DNA of 64,000 nucleotides from Chara braunii (Eukaryota > Plantae > Charophyceae), in NCBI GenBank assembly GCA_003427395.1, contig BFEA01000010.1:6078144-6142143 (forward strand), given 5' to 3'. Numbering within the stretch: position 1 is the stretch's first letter; the number at the start of each line of letters is the position of its first letter. The notes under the pieces were generated by a model, which saw nothing but the letters and a program-made list of their open reading frames with translations, was not told the DNA's origin and made no database searches. Shown here piece by piece: positions 38,217-51,224 of this stretch. Made by a program: the position numbers and the translations under genes.

Positions 38217-40085
38217 ACTTTTTTCTTTTCTTTTCAAAAATGCCCAGGTTGTTGTAGAGGCGCGGTATCAGGCACAGGGATGATCTCCAGGGTTCAATCG
38301 CTCGAGGTGCGTGACGGCCCACAGCCCATAGCTTTCTGGACCGTTCTTCAGACGGGGTCCTTATAGAGGCTTTTGAAGGCCCCAACCTATCGTAAGCCGT
38401 GTCCCTACCTACACCACCAGCTTGCCACTAGAGATCAGATTACTATCCCTACAGATCCAACCTCCAACTGAGTGCTATCGGGCACACTCTAAGTAGTCTT
38501 GTCCTCCCACCCATGACTTAGTAGATCCCCTTAAGCCGGTCCCCCCTTGGGTAGGTGTAGAGTCTTATCTCCCTCCTATTATTGTAGAGTATCTACTTAC
38601 CTCCCCCCTAATTAGGAGACAGGACCCATATACAACCCTTACCCAAGCTACACTTTATCGGCTTTTGTCCTCTCTACTAGCCCCTCATCTCTTTGTATCT
38701 GTCTTTCTCATAGTCTACCTATACACGGTCCTACGCCCCTATGAGCACTTTAGGCCCCATAGTATCGTGGCCATGAGAATACCCCCAATATCTGCTTACT
38801 ACCTAGAGACGACCAGCCAGCTAGATGTTCCTAATCGAATGACCGGGTGCACCTACTGGACCATCAGACAGACTCTAACTACTTGGGCTATTCCAGGTAG
38901 TATTTCTGCCTGTGACGATTTCCCTCCCACCCATGCGGTCTCCGCCGATGGTTCATACAGCTGCGGCATGTGAGTCACCTACTCCCCTTGGGCGGTTGAG
39001 TTGCCTGTTTAAGCAATCTGCACTATTCAACCCCACCTACCACAATACTCCTGTCCCCCCCCCCCCCTCACACACACACCCCTGAATAGAGCGGGCCTTT
39101 ATACCCCCGAGGTACGAGACACCCACGAGGGGGAACTGTTAGTCCTTGCTTGCTCACTGTGTCCCCTGGCCCTATGACGGTCCACACTTAACCCGGAACT
39201 ACCGTAGTACCCAGACATCAAGGTGGGGCATCCACAGGGCTAGGCAGGGAGTAGCGGGCTAGGGGTTCACTGGGCCTGTATTCTAGTGCCATCTAGTGCT
39301 GCTATAGGCCTGTATTCCCATGCTTATTAGTGTATATGTATTGTATATATATTGCAAGGTTCAAGTGGGGTCCAACTGGGGTGCCATATTTTTCATTCTA
39401 GTACTATCTGGGTTTTTTCCCACAGGCATGACAGGCTTAATCCACAGTGAGTGCACAACACAGATCTCGTAACTACACATCGGTCACTCATCCCACTGCT
39501 GTATCAGTCTGAGGGCGCTTGGCTTTCAAGGTTCAAATGAGATCAACTATATCAGCCAGTTGCCTTCTGGATTCCTCCCCCACCATTGCCCTCCCTTCCC
39601 CCTGCCCCCCGGTGAGTGCACAACACAGATCTCGTAACTACACATCGGTCACCCATCCCACTGCTGTATCAGTCTGAGGGCACTTGGCTTTCAAGGTTCA
39701 AATGAGATCAGATATATCAGCCAGTTGCCTTCTGGATTCCTCCCCCCCCATTGCCCTCCCTTCCCCCTGCCCCCCCTTCTCCCCCCATGGAGTGCCAACC
39801 AGACGGACCTAGGATCATCAGAACAGCGTGCAACCAAACCCCGAAAGATCATCCCCCAAGCCTATCCGGCATACAACAACCATGGACGTGAACCCCTTGG
39901 GCGGTGCGCAGGCAGTGTCTGTATAAGTACCATGCGTCGTCCCAAGGGGGGGGGGCGAATGGCCAGGCGCTATGAAAGCGCGAAACGGCAGAAATGCGCA
40001 GGCCGTGAGTTTTGAACCCACGACCTTATACCACAATGCGCATTTCTAGCCGCTGCCTTAACCACTAGGCATCAGGCCATTCGCC
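38217..40085 (-). mobile_element. Giant tRNA-box SINE-like retroposon, full-length copy
   Basis: A box (40062-72), B box (40009-18), TTTTT at 38236-40 followed by A-rich tail, 14-bp TSD AAAAGTGGCATTTT (38203-16 / 40086-99). No credible long ORF. Confidence 0.75.
39954..40085 (-). ncRNA. Structured Pol III head (tRNA-derived) of the giant SINE
   Basis: 11-bp closing stem, D-arm-like hairpin, long arm enclosing a T-arm, and a third hairpin. Confidence 0.65.
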
Positions 40086-40099
40086 AAAAGTGGCATTTT

Positions 40100-41718
40100 C
40101 TTTTTTTTTTTCTTTTTTTTTCTCTTTTTTTTTAAATTTAAAACGCCTAGGTTGTTGTAGAGGCACGGCCTCAGGCACGGGGATGTTCTTCGGGGTTCAG
40201 CCACTCGAGGTTCGAGATGACCCACAGCCCTTAGCTTTCTGGATCATCCTTCAGACGGGTCCTTATAGAGGCTTTTGAAGGCCCCTAACCTATCGCAAGC
40301 CGTGTCCCTACCTGCGCCACCAGCTTGCCACTAGAGATCGGATTACTGTCCCTACAGATCCAACCTCCAACTGGGTGCTATTGGGCAAACTCTAAACAGT
40401 CTTGTCCTCCCTCCCTTGACTTAGTAGATCCTTTCTTAGGCCGATCCCCCCTTAGGTAGGTGTAGAGTCTTATCCCCTTTACCCCCCTAATCAGGAGACA
40501 GACCCCCTTCAACCCTGACCCAAGCTATACTTTATCGGTCCTTTTTCCTCTTCCACTAGTCACCTCATCTCCTATACCCTTCTGCCTCATAGCCTACTTA
40601 TGCCAGGTCCTACGCCCCAGGATGGGCACTTTAGGTCCCTAGTATACTCAGTCCCACGCCCCTGGATGGGCACTTTGGGCCCTGGGTATCGTAGCTATGA
40701 GGGTATTCCTCTTGTCTATTCACTGCCTAGAGACGACCAGCCAGCTAGGTGGTCCGGAGCTATGACGTGGTACACCTGCTGGACCAGCAGGCAGACTCTA
40801 ACTACTTGGGCTATCCAGGTAGTATTTCTACCTGTGGCGATTTCCCACCCACCCATGCGGTCTCCGTCGATGGCCCATACAGCTGCTGCATGTGGGTCAC
40901 CTACTCCCCTCTGGTGATTGAATTACCCGTTAAGCAATCCGGGTCATTCAGCCCTACCTACCACAATGCTCCTGTCCCCCCCCCTCACACGCACACCCCC
41001 TGAATAGAGAGAGCCTTTATACCCCCGAGGTACGAGACACCCACGAGGGGGAACTTACTAGACCTTGCTTACTCACTGTGTTTCCTAACCCTATGGAGGT
41101 CCCACACCCAACCAGGAAACTACATAGTACCCAGACATCAGGGTGGGGCTCCCACGGGGTGAGGCAGGGAGTAGCAGGCTAGGAGTTCGCTGGGCCTGTA
41201 TTCCAGTGCTTACTATTTTTTAGTATATTGTATATATATACAACAAGGTTCAAGCGGGGTCTAGATGGAGTACTGTATATATTTCGTTTTCTAGTGCTAT
41301 CTGGGTTCTTTCTATAGGCATAACAGGCGCAATCCACAGTGAATGCACATCGCAGATCTCGCGGCTACATATTGGTCACCCATCCCTGTGCTGTATCAGT
41401 CTGTGGGTGCTTGGCTTTCAAGGTTCAAATGAGATCAGGTATATATCAGCCAGTTGCCTTCTAGATTCCCCCTCCCCATTGCCCCCCCCCCCCCCCCCCC
41501 CCCTCCATGGAGTGCCAACCAGATGGACCTAGGATCATCAGAACAGCATGCAACCAAACCCCGAAAGTCCATCCCCCAAGCCTATCCGGCATACAACAAC
41601 CATGGACGTGAACCCTTGGGCGGTGCGCAGGCAGTGTCTGTATAAGTACCATGCGTCGTCCCAAGGGGGGGCGCTTGGCTTTCAAATGAGATCAGGTATA
41701 TATCAGCCAGTTGCCTTC
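40100..41718 (-). mobile_element. Second, 5'-truncated copy of the giant SINE-like element
   Basis: Collinear but clearly diverged from 38217-39950. A-rich tail at 40100-40135. Head missing. Confidence 0.75.
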
Positions 41719-42999
41719 TAGAGGCCCAGTAGTTGTAGGTTAGGTCTAGGTGGATACCAGTCCAACCAGTCTGGGTCTAGGGCCTGTACGAACAATATCA
41801 GAGTCTGCAATGATGTTTCCCTCCGAAAGAGGGGAGGTATCGGTTGCTTGGGGCGCCGAGCGGCCTGGAAGTCACCGCCGGAAGAGGAAAGCAGGCCGCT
41901 ATATCCCCCAGTCGGGCGAAGAACCCGGCCTGTTTTTCGGTGTGCAAGTTTGGCGACACACTGGTGGAGTGCTGGCTGGAGCAGCGCTGCTGGGGAGGAA
42001 GAAGAAGGACACGAGGGAGGAAGAAGGGAGGAAGGGGGAGGAAGGGGGAGGAGCGCCAGGGGTACTTACCTGGCTATGGTGGCAACCATCTTCATCACCT
42101 TGGTGGGCATTGCGGCAGGGAGTCCCCAACTGGGGAGAGCCACACCAAGAAGCTTCAAGGCAGGGTCAGGCATGGCGGCCTGAGCTTGAGCAGCCATAGC
42201 TGCTTTGGGTTGTCCTTTGGGCATCTGGGCAACGCCTAGTAGTCCGCCATAGCCTCGGCCTATGAGAGTGAAGAGGGGAAGAGGCGGCCATGGCTATGGT
42301 GGATCTCAAGTAATACCTGCAGTAGAAGAGGAACTCAGACATTGATTCTGGATCAGCCATTAGACATTGTACTATTATTTCTTGTATGAATAAGAGAGGG
42401 GGAGATAAGGTGGAGGAGATTGTTGGGCGAGGAACAAGAGCCTTGACATTTGTCTATGCTGGTGTACATCATCTTCTTCTTCCTCTAATCCTCCCTCTCT
42501 CCTCTCAAGTTCATTCATTTCTTTCTGCAATTGGAAGGCATTGTACTTTCTGATGGATGTGTATCTCGAAATTGGCCAGGATTATAACAAGTTATTTCAT
42601 TATTTTTCTCAAAAATCGAAATAATTATTCCGCGACTTTCAATGCAGAATTTTTGTTACGAATTCCGTCTTCTAAAAATTGGAATAATTCCACGAAATTC
42701 TTTTCTGGAAATTTCAAAGAATGTTGTAAACCTTTTCCAATACCGTTAACAAGTGAGATTCGTTTTTTTTAATTAACAAACGTTTTTCAAAATCTGAATG
42801 TTACCCTTTCTGCGGCTCGTTATCTGATAGATGCCTGCCTAATTCTCAAATCGACAGATTTCCAAAAAAAAAAAAAAAAAAAGAGAGCTTTTTCTTTTTC
42901 ATTTTTCTGTTGATTAGTACCTGAGATTGGAAATAGCAATCCGGATGTTTGCCTGTCTGCCAGATTTCTTCCCACCCCTCTTTGCACAACAGCAGCGCC

Positions 43000-45900
43000 A
43001 CGTCAGCAAGCGCCAGTGCCACATCACCAAGTGCCACATCAGCAACGACCACAACAGCAAGTGCCACAACAGCGAAGTGCCAGGTCAGCAGCAAGGCCAC
43101 GTCAGCCAGTGCCACGTCACCTGACACAGTACAGCTAACTGCAGCTTATTCTCCGATGCAGCAAACGCATCGCAGCACGAGAAGGGCGGGCAGCTGCAGC
43201 AGACCAGTAGCTACCCCTACCCCTCCGCTCTGACATGGAGGCACAAGGCAACCCCACAGTGGACAATGCCGCATCCGGCAGTCCATGCTAGGTATGAGTA
43301 CGAACCCCCTGGTCCCACAGGTCCAGCAGGTGAGTTCCACTGTGACACCTGCGGGAGCCCTCGACGCTGCGCCAGTCCGGCAGCAGGGTGAGACCATGAC
43401 GGCCTTCTTGGCCCCCATGGCCCCCCACATGCAACAAGTACAAGAGGAACAGCGACGCGAGGCACAGCCGAAGCCGCACGCCTCAACGCCATTGCACACG
43501 AAGCGGAGCAACAGCGCCGGCAGCACGCTGAAGCAGCTGCCAACCATAACAAAGCTCGACAAGATGCCGCATCCGTCCTCATGCAGCAGGAAGCCGCTCA
43601 TGCCGCCGCACTCGATCCGGCGGAGCGCACACGGAACGAACTGCGGAGGAACAGACCGATTCAGCCCTTGCCAACATGATGCACCAATTCATCCTCACTT
43701 GTAACTAGCAACAAGTGAAGCTGGCCCGGCAGGCACATGTCATTTCCGATTATGAGGAGACTCTCAAGAACTTCCATGCACACCTTGACGTGATGGAGAA
43801 AGGTGACGTGCCGCACAGGCACACGGCATCGTCAGGCATTGATCGATCAATCCACGAGCTGGAAAAACGAATGGATCACCTGGTAGAACTCGTTGGAAAT
43901 TTGAACAGTTTCCAACAACCGGCGACCATCAGCCAGCAAATAGCCGCCCTACAAGCGAACCTGCGTCAGCTGCAACGGCAACCAACCGGGACCTGCAACA
44001 GCATGACATCCAAGCATTACAAGATGCCAAAGTTCTCCGCTCTTTACCTTGGCGGCACCGGTGCGAGTCAAGCGTGGCTCAACCACCTGGCACAAACCGA
44101 AGGCGTCGAGGTCGCCAAGCTCTACACAAAGATCACTTGGGAAGCCATCACCGAGAAGTGGTGGAAACGCTTCATCGTCGACGAAGCTCAAGGCAACGGC
44201 GTGAACTGGATCTTCAGCATGCACCAAGGCAACCAGCACACTCGCGAATGGCTAAACGAGTGGGAGAAACTTGTGACGATTCCAAACCTGGATACCATTC
44301 GTGCATCTTCGTCGTGAATTCTTCCAGCGGTCGGTTGATGCATTGAGCACGCCCCTTGGGGAGCGGAGCCTGTACACGGACATTGACTAGATCGTGGACA
44401 AGGCGTGCTAGGTAATCAAAACAAGTCGGTGGGCCACCAACAAGCGGCACAGCCAACCGAATTTTGTGCAGAAGGGCAAAGGCCCACGGACGCAGCCAGT
44501 CGCTGCTGTCCAACTTGATGGACAAGAGGACGACCAGGCGCTGACTCACGAGTCCAGTGAAGGAGACGGAGTCAACGCCCTTACGACACGACGCAACAAC
44601 AAGGAAAAAAAGGCGAAATCCGCATCAACAACGGAAGCCAGACAATCGAATGAGCCGTGGAAGAAGTTCCGCCTTACAGAGGAGCAATACAAGCTCCGCC
44701 AGCAGTGGAACCGTTGCTATTGGTGCAACAGCACCAAGCACACAACGTCGCAATGCTCCGACAAAGGCAAAGAAGACGTCCGCCCACGACAAATCTCGGG
44801 ATGCTAAGCTCCGTGGGAAGTGAGGCAACTCCACTTCCTACTACGCCAGGCATGGTTGCCTTGCTAGCAACCTCCTCCACATCTAGGGAACATGCGTATG
44901 TCGCAAGTCTTCAAGAAAGTTACGAAGACTATGCTGTCCAGCTGGTCCCTCCGTTGGACCAACCTCTCCACGCGCAAGAGTCATATGTGTGCGCGACTTC
45001 ATCACTATCGCCAAGTGAACCAGCATCCTTGCCAACACTATTCGAGGACTCGTCGGTATGGTCTAGACTTGAGGACCTCGACCCATTGACGCCGAAGGCC
45101 TTCCAATGGATGCCTTTTCCCCCATCTGGTTCCTTGACGAATTATGCACCTACTTGCACGCTGGAGTACCAACTCCGTTGATGGAAGACGGAGTAGCAGT
45201 TGTTGACCTTCGCGAGCACATTGTGAAGATTGACCGCGAGTACGCCACGCAACGCTACGATAGCATCGACGCACCGTTACACCACGTCCGCATTCAAATC
45301 GGGAAGGCGACCTGCAGCGCCTTGATTGATCGTGGAGCTACTCGCAACCACATCAGCCAAGACTCCATGGCTAGCGCCGGCCTTGGGCCACGCGTTCGAA
45401 GGAAATCGCAGCCCATGCAAGTCACCCTCGCCGACGATCGTACGCACAAGTCCATCGACCGGTGCATTGACTCTGTCCCCGTGTACTTCACCCCCATGCA
45501 CGCGAGGCCGAGTCCTTTGACATATTGGACACAAAGTTCGACATGATTTTGGGCATGTCGTGGCTGCACAGCGAGGACCACCGAGTGAACTTCTACCACC
45601 GCACCATTCACGTTCGTGACCAGAACGGGGTACTCGACCCATGTACGATCCCCCCACCTCACCCTTCGATTGGTTGTCATGTGGTCTCCGGGGCAAGCAT
45701 TCGCAACACCATCGCACGGAACGACGTGGAGGAAATGGACATTTCCTTCTTGCACGTCCTCCCTCCTCCCGACTCACCGGCGGCGGAACAGCCACCGGAT
45801 CCACGTATCGTACAGCTTCTCGACTCCTATGGCGACGTCTTTGAAGCCCCCGCTGAGATCGTCCCAAATCGGCAAATATGTCACGAGATCATCATCGAAG

Positions 45901-48620
45901 ACGGGGCAGTACCCCCGCACGGATGTATCTACCGCATGAGCGAGGAGGAACTCGAAGTGCTACAAACGCAACTCGATGACCTCATCGACAAGGGTTGGAT
46001 TCACCCTAGCTGCTCACCCTATGATAGACCCGTTCTCTGTGTCCGAAACAAAAAGTTGCACTTATGCATTGAGTATCCCAAGTTGAACGCTCAAACCATT
46101 AAGAATGTCTGCCCACCCCCACACATCGACGATCTTCTTGAACGCTTCGGCGGCGCCAAGTACTTCTCCAAGTTGAACCTCAAGGCCGGTTACCACCAAA
46201 TCGAGATCCATCCAAGAGATCACTACAAAACCGCATTCAAGACATGGTACGGGCACTTCGAGTGGGGCGTAATGCCATTCGGCCTCAAGAATGCCCCGGC
46301 CACCTTCCAAGCGGCAATGACCAACAGAGTTCCACGACATGTTGGACTGATTCGTGCTCATCTACCTCGTTGACATCTCGATGTATAGCCGAACTATGGA
46401 CAAGCACATCATGCATCGACACAATGTTTTGGACAGGCCACGCACGGCCAAGTACAAGGCCAACCGAGCCAAGTGAGAATTCACACAACAAGAGCTTGAG
46501 TACTTGGGCCACTTTGTGACGCCGCAAGGCATGCGTCCACTCGCGTACAAGATCAAGGCCATCCAAGATTGGTCAAAACCGACCAACACCACGAAAGTTC
46601 GCTCATCGAAGGATACGCACGGATCGTCGCACCCTTGTCAAGATTGCAGTCTCCAAAGGTGCCCTTCCATTTCATCGACGAAGTCCGAAGTTCGTTCCAG
46701 AAATTGAAGACGGCGTTGCTCCTCGCTCCCATCTCGAGTATCTACGATCTCACCTTGCCTACGATAGTGACTACGAACACTTCCGGCCACAACATCGGTG
46801 TAGTTTTGAAACAACATGACGCAATAGGTTCGCATCCGGTTGAGTATTTCAGCCAAAAGGTGCCTCCCATCAACTCGGTTGATAATGAGCGGAAGGAGTT
46901 GCTTGCTTTTGTCACGGTACTCTAGCGTTGGAGACACTTCCTCCTTGGGCGTCGTAGGTTCACTTGGGCTGCGGACAGTAACCCTGACCTACTACAAGAT
47001 GCAAGACACAGTGAGCAGCACGATTGCTCGATAGATGTATTTCATCAATCAGTTTGAATTCACACCAAAACACATTTCGAGCCTCTCCAACCGAGCCGCG
47101 GGTGCTCTCTCACGAAGATCAGATCCTTGTGCATTGACTCACCACGTGTTCAGTTTCGACGACCTTCACCAGCATTTTGTGCGAGCATACAAGTCCGATC
47201 CGGAATACGCCGCGCTCTACGAGCAACTATCCTCGGATCACCCACCGGCCAGCCATTATCGCATCGTCGAACACTACTTGCTTCTTCACTGACGAGGCAA
47301 GGACTTACTATGTGTCCCACACGACCGTCGCTTACGGACTCTCCTCCTCGACGAGTACCACGACTCGCAACTAGCCGGCTACTTGGGAGTCGACCATACA
47401 ATCGCAAAACTTCGGCAACGATTTCGGTGGCCCGACCTCATTTTACCGACATCACTCGGTATTGTGCCTCTTGCGAAGTTCGCCGACGAAGCAAACCCCG
47501 CAATCGCAACAGCTTCGACGCCCGTTGCCTATTCCGCGGGAACCCAACCTCTCCATTGCTATGGATGTTGGCGGACCGCTCCGAGCACGACAACATTCAA
47601 GTACGCATGATTTCTTCCTTGCAAGTACTACGCCACAGCTCCCGAGCTTGTGTGGCTCTTGCACACCGGCTGGATTTGAGGCCACGGCGTCCCAAAAGAC
47701 ATCGTCAATGACCGCGACACTCATTTTATGTCGAAATTTTGGACTTCTCTCATGAAGTCGAACACGGAGATGAAACCAAGTTCGACTCGGCATCCACAAA
47801 TGGACGGGCAAACTGAGCGGGCACATCAAACCGCTCAAACGATGCTTCGCACACTCGTCCGTACAATACTTCGTTGCATCCGGCGATCGGCGTGACTCCA
47901 TTCGAGTTTCACCACGGTGGCAGGAAAGGCCGTATCGTCACTGATCTTCCATTTCCAAGGACTCCCAACATTGACGCCGTTTGCTCTCCCGCCCCCGTTC
48001 GGAAGTATAGAGACTTGCTGGCTAAAGGCCGTGCCAACATGCGAAAGGCCCAAGTCCGCATGCAACAGCAAGCCAATCGGCGTTGCATGCCATGCCCTAT
48101 CCGCACCGGCGACCTTGTTTCGGTATCCACAAAGGAGTTTGCACTTGAACAAGACGTCTCGCGCAAGCTACTTCCTATGCTATGTGGTTTGGACCATGGA
48201 CCGTCATATCAGCCGCAGGTGATGAGCCCGATGGCCCTTCTTTTGTGATCGACATCCCCCCGCATATATCGGTCCACCCGGTCTTCCACGCCTCCAAGCT
48301 GGCCACATATACCCGGCCAAGAGCAACGACTTACCCGGTCGACGATCGCAGGACCCTCCTATGGATGATCATCAAGAAGTCAATCTCGTCATCATGCATG
48401 GCAAGCACAGCAACAAGCCAATGTAGTACAAGGTCACATTCAAGTGGTGCGACCCCGACGATACACGATGGATTTCACGAGCAGCCTTGCAAGCCTCCCC
48501 TCTGCTTATCTACGCCAAATATGAGAAGAAACGGCAAGCCACGGAAGCTGCAACGCCTGCCCCTCCCACCCGGACTTCGGTCCCTCCCTCCAACAGACAG
48601 CTTCACCCTCGCAGATAAGT
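43000..48620 (+). pseudogene. gag-pol of element B (zinc knuckle, PR, RT, RH, IN, chromodomain), heavily decayed
   Basis: CYWCNSTKHTTSQC, ALIDRGATRNHI, KLNLKAGYHQI, MPFGLKNAPATF, GPW and VHPVFHASKL. Confidence 0.9.
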
Positions 48621-48643
48621 TCGATCTTTCAAGGAGGGGGGAT

Positions 48644-48898
48644 TGTGGCATACTCCGCTCCATACGCGCCCAGCAGGGCCCGACCAGTTCGGGCATTCAG
48701 TAGAGGATCAAGGTGAGGCATACTTCGGACGACGACAGTGCAGCAGTAGTCGACGATAGGACTAGTCGTCCAGTAAAGGATCGAGTAGAGTACCACAGGA
48801 AGGAGGAGATGGTGATTGCTGCGTGGCCATTGCTCCAGCTTCGTCTTCAGCACGTCCGCACCTGCATCAAGGCACCACCTTCCGCAGGTCAGTACCTG

Positions 48899-48938
<40 letters not shown>

Positions 48939-49275
48939 TGACGACACTTGGGATTCGGACTCGACATTGGGGCAGAGGCGTTGGGGGGGACTACTGGGAT
49001 TGATATCAGCGACATTCAGGTTGACGACGTTCTCCTCTCTTCCCCCTTCTCCTTCCTCTCTTCTCCCTCTTCATCTGTGTATGAGTTAGGCCTGGCACCT
49101 TCATCCAGTGTGCGGCGCCAGGCCATTCACACCGTGTGATGATGATGAAGTACGTCCAGTCTGCATTTCGACATTGTTTGGGTCTGATCATTTGTAATCT
49201 AGCCTTCCGCTGCGCTACTCCGCTCTGTGAGAGGTCGGTTTTTGGTTCTGATCTGTACCATCTTGGTATGCGATA
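48644..49275 (+). repeat. 3' LTR of element B
   Basis: Preceded by PPT AAGGAGGGGGGA. Homologous to the 5' LTR, with large indels. Confidence 0.85.
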
Positions 49276-49334
49276 GTAAGTCAATGGCCTGTTTGGACGA
49301 TATCAGAGCCTGCAATGATGTTTCCCTCCAAACG

Positions 49335-50442
49335 TGATACATGCGCAGTTGGGCAATGTATATGGAGCCACGGATCTGCAAAGTGATGACAATGCAGAAT
49401 TAGCAAAGCATCATAAGCAATGTACATTCAGACACATGAAAATAGCACAACATAGTGCAATGGAAGACTCAAAGATATGACCTGACAGGTCAGATACTGA
49501 CGCGACATCCCATCATACACCACACGTGAAAGGAACCGCATGCACAGAAGAAAGGTCCCTCCTTGCACACGCACATGGGGGAGATACCGCGGATGAGAGA
49601 TGGGGGGAGAGACGAAACGAAGATGGAGGTGAGGGGAACGATCAAGATCGCGGTACCGACGTCCAAAAATAGTCTCCCTGCCAAATGTCCAATCTATGTC
49701 TGCCACAAAAATGTCAAATTAGATCCTGGGCTTCACGCCCGACGTAGCCATTGCCAGTAACCTCTCTCTCTCTCTTTCTCTGAAGGAAGATAAGGAAGAA
49801 GAAGGAGAAGAACGAGAAAAGAGAGAACAGATGGAGTGCGAAATGAAAAAGAAGAAGTCATCCTCCTTGATGTCTCACCTGCAGGTAACTGCTGGCATGT
49901 ACTGACTGCCGTCGTGGTCCCTGTGCAGGTATGGCACTCAGGTTAGTACCACCGATGCAGGTATGGCCTCCGCCTCTCTGCCTACGTACACCTCTACCTC
50001 TACCTCCTAGCGTAGCGCTGTAGTGTAGCAGCGCTGCTCCAGCAGCATATCGCCCAATAAGTGAGCTACTCGAACTGAGTGTCTGTCCAGCCATGGCCCG
50101 GCTATAAGTACCGCTGGGCCGGCTGGTCTGCCTCTGTGCGTGTGCCCAAAACGTGGGCCTAAAGAGTCTGGGTCCCGACCGAACCTCCAGACCCTGTACC
50201 TGGACAGGGGAGACCTGCCTCCTGGCGTACCTGGGCCAAGGAGCGGCCTTGGGAACTGCAAGTCCGAAACGACGCCTGAACAAACAAAAATAGGACAGTA
50301 AGCAAATAAATAATAAATGAATGATGCTTCGAATAGAGTGCTGCGGCTTAAGGGCCAGCCGTGGGCCTCCAGGCCGCGCGTCCGAAGGGCGTGCGGCCTA
50401 GGGGCCCCCAGCAACCGTCGGGCCCCCAAAAAGCATGTAACA
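49335..50442 (-). mobile_element. Solo LTR of family C nested in LTR A
   Basis: TGATACATGC...GCATGTAACA (9/10 inverted) and degenerate TSD AAACG/GAAAG. The host LTR resumes exactly after it. Strand is nominal. Confidence 0.75.
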
Positions 50443-51224
50443 GAAAGGGAGGAGTTACCGGTTGCTTGGAGACTGCACAGCCTGGAAGTCACCGCTCCAG
50501 AGGGCAGTAGGTAACTACATCTTCAGGTACAGCGCTGGGCTCTACCTGATTTGCGGCATGGAAGCTTGGGTGACATGCTGCTTGAGCGAGCACCAGCATT
50601 CTGGGGCGCTAATGACAGGAAGAGCGCTGGGCAGTGCAACGCTGGGAGGAGGAAGAAGGCCAGGAGCTTCCATGTCTGCTATGGTGGAGCTCTGCCGGTA
50701 GGAGGAAGAAGGGGACCAGGGAGTAGAGTGACAAGGTACCTTCCTGGCTATGGTGGAGGCCATCTTCATCACCTTGTTAGGCGCTGCACGTCTGGAAGGA
50801 CCCATTGGGGGTTTCGCAGCACCAAGATGGCTTCAAGGAAGAGTCAGGCATGGCGGCCTGAGCAGCAGCCCACATAGCTGCTTTGTGTTGTCCTTTGCAC
50901 AGCAGGGCTAGGCCCTTAGCAGTCCGCCATAGCCTCGGCCTGGTTGAGGAAGAAGATGGCTGACCTCTAGTTATGCCAAGCAGTAGAATTGGGGATTAAG
51001 CCATTGATTCTGTTTCTGCCATTCATGATCCTCTTTCTTTCTTCTTCTTCTTTCTTTCTTTTTCTTCTTCTATCTCTCGAGTTCAATCATTTCTTTTGTA
51101 ACTGGAGGGCCTTTCTCATAAATTTTGCATTTCGAAATTGGCCAGGGTCATAACACTATGATGATTGCGTCCTTTATCTCGCATAATCAAGTAGCAGCAT
51201 GGATAAGGCAGATGGCTTTCTCAC

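Larger units (their letters stand above)
33624..42589 (+). mobile_element. Gypsy element of family A nested in the 5' UTR of B, with an inverted 74-bp LTR end on the left
   Basis: 33624-33697 is the reverse complement of 42516-42589. gag 33935-34790, RT-RH-IN-chromo 34896-37668, PPT 37697-37709, LTR 37710-42589. Confidence 0.85.
32104..49275 (+). mobile_element. Full-length degenerate chromovirus-like Gypsy element B
   Basis: 5' LTR 32104-33082, PBS 33086-33097, gag-pol ~43000-48620, PPT 48631-48642, 3' LTR 48644-49275, near-TSD CTAAG/GTAAG. Confidence 0.88.
31672..51155 (+). mobile_element. Solo LTR of family A fragmented by nested insertions (pieces 31672-32103, 49276-49334, 50443-51155)
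   Basis: TG...CA ends and TSD CTAT on both sides. Pieces are collinear with the intact solo LTR at 51570-52886. Confidence 0.85.

Noticed and set aside
39966-39990. GCGCT-atgaa-AGCGC-GAAAC hammerhead stem II look-alike
   Set aside because: No upstream CUGANGA, and it lies on the non-transcribed strand.
39997-40078. Functional tRNA-Ser(AGA) gene
   Set aside because: No proper acceptor or anticodon stem; it is the head of a repeat.
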